Assembly: GCA_965202985.1 (NCBI GenBank)
Contig: CBDBCF010000001.1
Span: 1,952,001 to 2,016,000 of the forward strand
Source: Longimicrobiales bacterium
GTDB lineage: Bacteria > Gemmatimonadota > Gemmatimonadetes > Longimicrobiales > Gaopeijiaceae
DNA length: 64,000 nucleotides
Direction of reading: 5' to 3'
Positions within the stretch are counted from its first letter, which is position 1, and every line of letters begins with the position of its first letter. This document shows positions 60,099 through 64,000 of the stretch, in pieces. The position numbers and the translations under genes were made by a program. Under the pieces are notes generated by a model, which had not been told where the DNA came from, did no database searches, and saw only the letters and a list, made by a program, of their open reading frames with translations.

Positions 60099-61295
60099 AT
60101 GAAGGTGCCCCTGCTGGACCTGAAGGCGCAGTACGCCTCGATCAAGGACGAGATCGACAACGCCGTGGGCGACGTGCTCGCCTCGCAGCGCTTCGTCCTG
60201 GGTCCCGCCGTGGAGGCGTGCGAAGAAGCGATCGCCCGGTACTGCGGCTGCGCCCACGCGGTCGGCGCGTCCTCGGGCACCGACGCCCTGCTCGCGGTGC
60301 TCATGGCCGAGCGAATCCGCCCCGGCGACGAAGTGATCACCACCCCGTTCACCTTCTTCTCCACCGCCGGCGTCGCGGCCCGCCTGGGGGCCGTCCCCGT
60401 CTTCGCCGACATCGATCCGGCCACCTTCAACATCGATCCCGCCAAGATCGAGGCGCGCGTCACGGAGCGCACTCGCGCAATCGTCCCCGTCCACCTCTTC
60501 GGCCAGATCGCCGACATGGACCCGGTGACGGAGATCGCCGAACACCACGGCCTGCTCGTCGTGGAGGACGCAGCCCAAGCCATAGGAGCGGAACGCGACG
60601 GCCGCCGCGCCGGCTCGTTCGGACACTACGGATGCTTCTCCTTCTTCCCGTCCAAGAACCTGGGCGGATACGGCGACGGCGGCATGGTGACGACCAACGA
60701 CGAGGACCGGGCCGCCCGCCTCCGGGCCATCCGCGTCCACGGCGAGGCGCGCAAGTACCATCACCACGTGGTGGGCGGCAACTTCCGCCTGGACGCCCTT
60801 CAGGCCGCGGTGCTGTCGGCCAAGTTGCCCCACCTGGACGCTTGGAGCGACGCGCGAGCCCGAAACGCCGCTCTGTACGCCCGAATCTTCGGCGAAATGC
60901 CCGCCCGCATCCGCGACCGCGTGCGCTTGCCCCAGGTAGGGTCGGGCAGGCACGTCTTCAACCAGTTCGTGGTTCGCGTCCCGAACCGCGACCGCGTGCA
61001 GGCCCGGCTGGCCGCGGCCGGCGTCGGCTGCGCCGTCTACTACCCCGTGCCCCTGCACCTGCAACGGTGCTTCGCGACGCTGGGATACGCCCGCGGCGAC
61101 CTGCCCGAGGCCGAGAAAGCGGCGGACGAGGTCCTTGCGCTGCCGGTCTACCCGGAGCTCTCCGAGGCCCAGGTCCGCTACGTGGTGGAGGCCGTGGCGG
61201 CAGCCGTTGACAGGCCGACTCCGGGGCCGAATCATCTACGGCGGGCCGGGCCGACCGCCGGAAACGATGCGCGACGGGACGAGGGGGGTGAATGA
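60099..61295 (+). CDS. DegT/DnrJ/EryC1/StrS aminotransferase
   Basis: VPLLDLKAQY, SGTDAL, VHLFGQ, EDAAQAIG, SFFPSKNLGGYGDGG, NFRLDALQAA. Confidence 0.93.
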   Translation: MKVPLLDLKAQYASIKDEIDNAVGDVLASQRFVLGPAVEACEEAIARYCGCAHAVGASSGTDALLAVLMAERIRPGDEVITTPFTFFSTAGVAARLGAVPVFADIDPATFNIDPAKIEARVTERTRAIVPVHLFGQIADMDPVTEIAEHHGLLVVEDAAQAIGAERDGRRAGSFGHYGCFSFFPSKNLGGYGDGGMVTTNDEDRAARLRAIRVHGEARKYHHHVVGGNFRLDALQAAVLSAKLPHLDAWSDARARNAALYARIFGEMPARIRDRVRLPQVGSGRHVFNQFVVRVPNRDRVQARLAAAGVGCAVYYPVPLHLQRCFATLGYARGDLPEAEKAADEVLALPVYPELSEAQVRYVVEAVAAAVDRPTPGPNHLRRAGPTAGNDARRDEGGE

Positions 61296-61678
61296 CGGAA
61301 CCAGGGGGCAAGCAGCTGATCGTCGTGGGAGACCGCATCCTCGTGGAACCTGAAGAGGGCGAAGAACGTACAAAGGTGGGGCTGTACCTTCCGGCCTCGG
61401 CCGTGGACAAGCAGTCGGTCCAGGGCGGCCGAGTGCTGGCTACCGGTCCCGGCACTCCCATCGGCGCACCTGCGGACTTGGACGACGAACCTTGGAAGAT
61501 CGGCTCCGGCGAGGCTCGCTACTTGCCCGTTCAGGCCCAGCCGGGCGACTTTGCCATCTTCTTCCGAAAAGCCGCCGTCGAGATCAGCTTCGAGGGCAAG
61601 CGCTATCTGGTCGTGCCCCAAGCGGCCGTGCTGACGTTGGTTCGCGACACTCGGAGCCGGTCCGCTCCCCCCTACTAG
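61292..61678 (+). CDS. GroES-family co-chaperonin paralogue (no adjacent groEL)
   Basis: VGDRILVEP, TKVGLYLP, GRVLATGPG, EGKRYLVV. Confidence 0.85.
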   Translation: MTEPGGKQLIVVGDRILVEPEEGEERTKVGLYLPASAVDKQSVQGGRVLATGPGTPIGAPADLDDEPWKIGSGEARYLPVQAQPGDFAIFFRKAAVEISFEGKRYLVVPQAAVLTLVRDTRSRSAPPY

Positions 61679-61724
61679 TTCTTCCTATTCACCGGTGCCG
61701 TCCGGCGCACAAGACACGCAACCC

Positions 61725-62825
61725 ATGCAACCGCATCTAAGGCGACTTTCTGTGACCGGCTTCCGGTCGATGAGCAGAACCGCGCTGGACCTTCGGGGCC
61801 TCAACGTCCTGGTCGGGCCGAACGGCGCCGGCAAGAGCAACGTCGTAGCCTGCTTCAAGCTGATCAACGAAATGATGGGCAGACGGCTTCAGAAGCACTT
61901 GGCCACGACCGGACGGGCGAGCGCCAACCTCCACTTCGGCCCCGACCAGACGCCGGCGATGGAGATCGAACTCCAGTTCGAGGTGGAGAACGGAACCGAC
62001 GCGTACGTCATGAAGCTGGCTCGCGTGTTCGGGGACGCCATGGTGTTCGCGGACGAGACCCTGGTCTTTCACCAGGACGGCTACCCCACGCCCAAGGTGG
62101 TGCGCCTGGGGGCCGGTCATTCGGAGACGCTGCTGAGCGCCAAAGCCGAAGAAGGCGACATCACCGCGAAGACGCTGCGCTACCTGCTCAACCGATGTCG
62201 AGTCTTCGACTTTCACGACATGTCGCCCGAGGCGCGCGTTCGCCAGCGCTGCTCCGTGAGCGATCACCGCTGGATCATGCCCGACGCCGGAAACTTGGCG
62301 GCGGTGCTCTACCGGCTCCGGTCCGAGCGCCCCGCAGCCTACGAGGCCATCACCAACGAAGTCCGGCAGTTGGCGCCCTTCTTCGAAGACTTCGACCTGG
62401 CGCCCGGCGAGGCCGGCGGCATCGCCCTGAACTGGCGGCACCGAAGCGCCGACAAGGCGTTCGGCCCCCAGCAGTTCTCCGAAGGCACCCTCCGCGCCAT
62501 CTGTCTGATCGCCCTGCTGTTGCAGCCGCGCGAGAGCCGGCCCTTGGTGATCGTCGTGGACGAGCCGGAGATGGGGCTCCACCCGAAGGCGCTCGACTTG
62601 GTGGGCTCCCTGTTCCGTCGCGCCAGCCGGGAGACGCAGATCGTCGCATGCACGCAGTCCGCCGAGCTGGTCGACCTGTTCGACCCCGAAGACGTGCTGG
62701 TCGTGGACCGCATGAACGGAGCGACCACCTTCCATCGCCACGAAGAAGAGGCGCTGGAGCGGTGGATCGATTCCTACGTGGACGACGGCGCCGGCGACGA
62801 CGAGGCGGAAGACGACGACCGCTGA
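61725..62825 (+). CDS. COG4637-like ABC/SMC-type ATPase (AAA_21)
   Basis: GFRSM, VGPNGAGKSN, DAGNLAAVL, FSEGTLR, VDEPEMGLHP, TQS. Confidence 0.85.
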   Translation: MQPHLRRLSVTGFRSMSRTALDLRGLNVLVGPNGAGKSNVVACFKLINEMMGRRLQKHLATTGRASANLHFGPDQTPAMEIELQFEVENGTDAYVMKLARVFGDAMVFADETLVFHQDGYPTPKVVRLGAGHSETLLSAKAEEGDITAKTLRYLLNRCRVFDFHDMSPEARVRQRCSVSDHRWIMPDAGNLAAVLYRLRSERPAAYEAITNEVRQLAPFFEDFDLAPGEAGGIALNWRHRSADKAFGPQQFSEGTLRAICLIALLLQPRESRPLVIVVDEPEMGLHPKALDLVGSLFRRASRETQIVACTQSAELVDLFDPEDVLVVDRMNGATTFHRHEEEALERWIDSYVDDGAGDDEAEDDDR

Positions 62826-63819
62826 TCCGTTCGGGCCGTTCCTGGCCGCCAAGGGGTTCGTGCTCTTGGACGGCGGACTGGCCACCGAGCTGGAGGCCGC
62901 CGGCCACGACCTGAACGATCCCCTCTGGTCCGCCAAGGTGCTTCTGGAGGACCCGGAGGCCGTGGCCGCCGCGCACCGCTCGTTCCTGGAGGCCGGTGCA
63001 GACTGCATCTCCACGGTCACCTACCAAGCCACGTTCCCGGGCCTGACCCGGCGCGACATGACCGTCACGCAGGCCGAAAGCGTGTTCACGCGGGCGGTGG
63101 AACTGGCGGTTCAAGTCCGCGACGAGTTCTGGGCCGCGGCGCGCGGGTCCGGTCGAGCGGGCCCCCCTCGCCCCCTCGTGGCGGCGAGCGTGGGACCGTA
63201 CGGCGCCTTCCTGGCAGACGGCAGCGAGTACCGCGGCGGCTACGGGATCGGCGTCGCCGAACTGGACGCCTTCCACCGGGACCGCTGGCACCTGCTCGCG
63301 GCCGGCCCGGCCGACGTGATCGCGGCCGAGACCCTCCCGTGCCTGGACGAGGTCCGCGTGCTGGCGCGACTGGCGGCCGAAACCCCGTCCAAGCCCGCAT
63401 GGCTGAGCTTCTGCTGCCGCGAAGGTGCCCTGCTGGCCGACGGCGAAGCCTCGGTGGCCCAGGCGGGCGCGATCGCGGCCGAGTCCCCCGGCGTCTTCGC
63501 AACCGGTGTCAACTGCACGGCGCCGACCCACGTGCCCGAGGCGGCGGCAACTCTGGCGTCCGCGACGTCCAAACCCGTGCTCGCCTACCCGAACTCCGGC
63601 GGCGCCTACGATGCCGCTGGGAAGCGCTGGGACTCGGACGCGGACCGATTCGACTGGGAGCAGGCGTGCAGGAGTTGGGTGCAGGCCGGCGCCGTTGCCG
63701 TGGGCGGGTGCTGCCGCGTCAGCCCCTCCGCGATCCGACGCATGGGTGCGGCGCTGGCCGGCGCCGTCTCGGCGTCTCGGGGCGCGCCCCAGCTTCCCGG
63801 AGGCGCCGCCGGGCGTTAG
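62812..63819 (+). CDS. mmuM: Homocysteine S-methyltransferase (start uncertain; first canonical GTG at 62860)
   Basis: LDGGLATELE, LWSA, TYQA, SVGPYGAFLADGSEY, GVNC, YPNSG, GGCCR. Confidence 0.92.
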   Translation, partial: TTTADPFGPFLAAKGFVLLDGGLATELEAAGHDLNDPLWSAKVLLEDPEAVAAAHRSFLEAGADCISTVTYQATFPGLTRRDMTVTQAESVFTRAVELAVQVRDEFWAAARGSGRAGPPRPLVAASVGPYGAFLADGSEYRGGYGIGVAELDAFHRDRWHLLAAGPADVIAAETLPCLDEVRVLARLAAETPSKPAWLSFCCREGALLADGEASVAQAGAIAAESPGVFATGVNCTAPTHVPEAAATLASATSKPVLAYPNSGGAYDAAGKRWDSDADRFDWEQACRSWVQAGAVAVGGCCRVSPSAIRRMGAALAGAVSASRGAPQLPGGAAGR

Positions 63820-63832
63820 CTTCCCTGCTTCT

Positions 63833-63906
63833 CGGGACGTGGCGCAGTCCGGTAGCGCACCTGAATGGGGTTCAGGGGGTCGCCGGTTCGAATCCGGCCG
63901 TCCCGA
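63833..63906 (+). tRNA. tRNA-Pro(GGG), CCA not encoded
   Basis: Acceptor CGGGACG/CGTCCCG, D stem GCGC/GCGC, anticodon arm CCTGA-ATGGGGT-TCAGG, T arm GCCGG-TTCGAAT-CCGGC. Confidence 0.96.
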
Positions 63907-64000
63907 TTCAAGGCAGGCCCCAGCTCAGCGCGATCTCCACGTCGCCGGACCGCTCGGTCCTTGCCAGCGCTCCGACCAAGGCGCCGTTCCAGTCTTGAAG

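Noticed and set aside
1..64000. CRISPR array or cas genes
   Set aside because: I saw no regularly spaced repeat-spacer series and no Cas motifs.
63833..64000. tRNA-Pro as the attachment site of an island in this window
   Set aside because: No integrase and no duplicated tRNA 3' end noticed in the window.

Overview
High-GC bacterial window, probably from a Gemmatimonadota-like, possibly host-associated (e.g. sponge-symbiont) genome. That assignment is inferred from gene content only. Housekeeping and metabolic blocks are interleaved with lower-GC accessory inserts and many eroded defence/mobile genes. The housekeeping blocks include a complete urease operon, a DMSO-reductase-family molybdoenzyme cluster, xth/fpg/alkA/ogt repair genes, fabV, mmuM and tRNA-Pro(GGG). 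The top candidate for an undescribed system is a tightly coupled five-gene minus-strand operon at 1665-7875. It encodes a PAPS-reductase/DndC-like PP-loop protein, a cysteine desulfurase, a GHKL-type ATPase, a conserved hypothetical protein and a DUF6339-like protein. It therefore has the two sulfur-chemistry enzymes of DNA phosphorothioation systems but none of the known Dnd/Ssp partners, and nested IS remnants flank it. Other signals: a 40-nt motif conserved upstream of two distant rpn loci, rpn remnants that keep the RpnS-like antitoxin end, a NotI-like endonuclease knocked out beside an intact methyltransferase, an ABC-ATPase/PD-(D/E)XK pair, and two genes (ureF, mmuM) that appear to lack a canonical start codon. 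All family calls come from motif recognition by eye; no searches were run.
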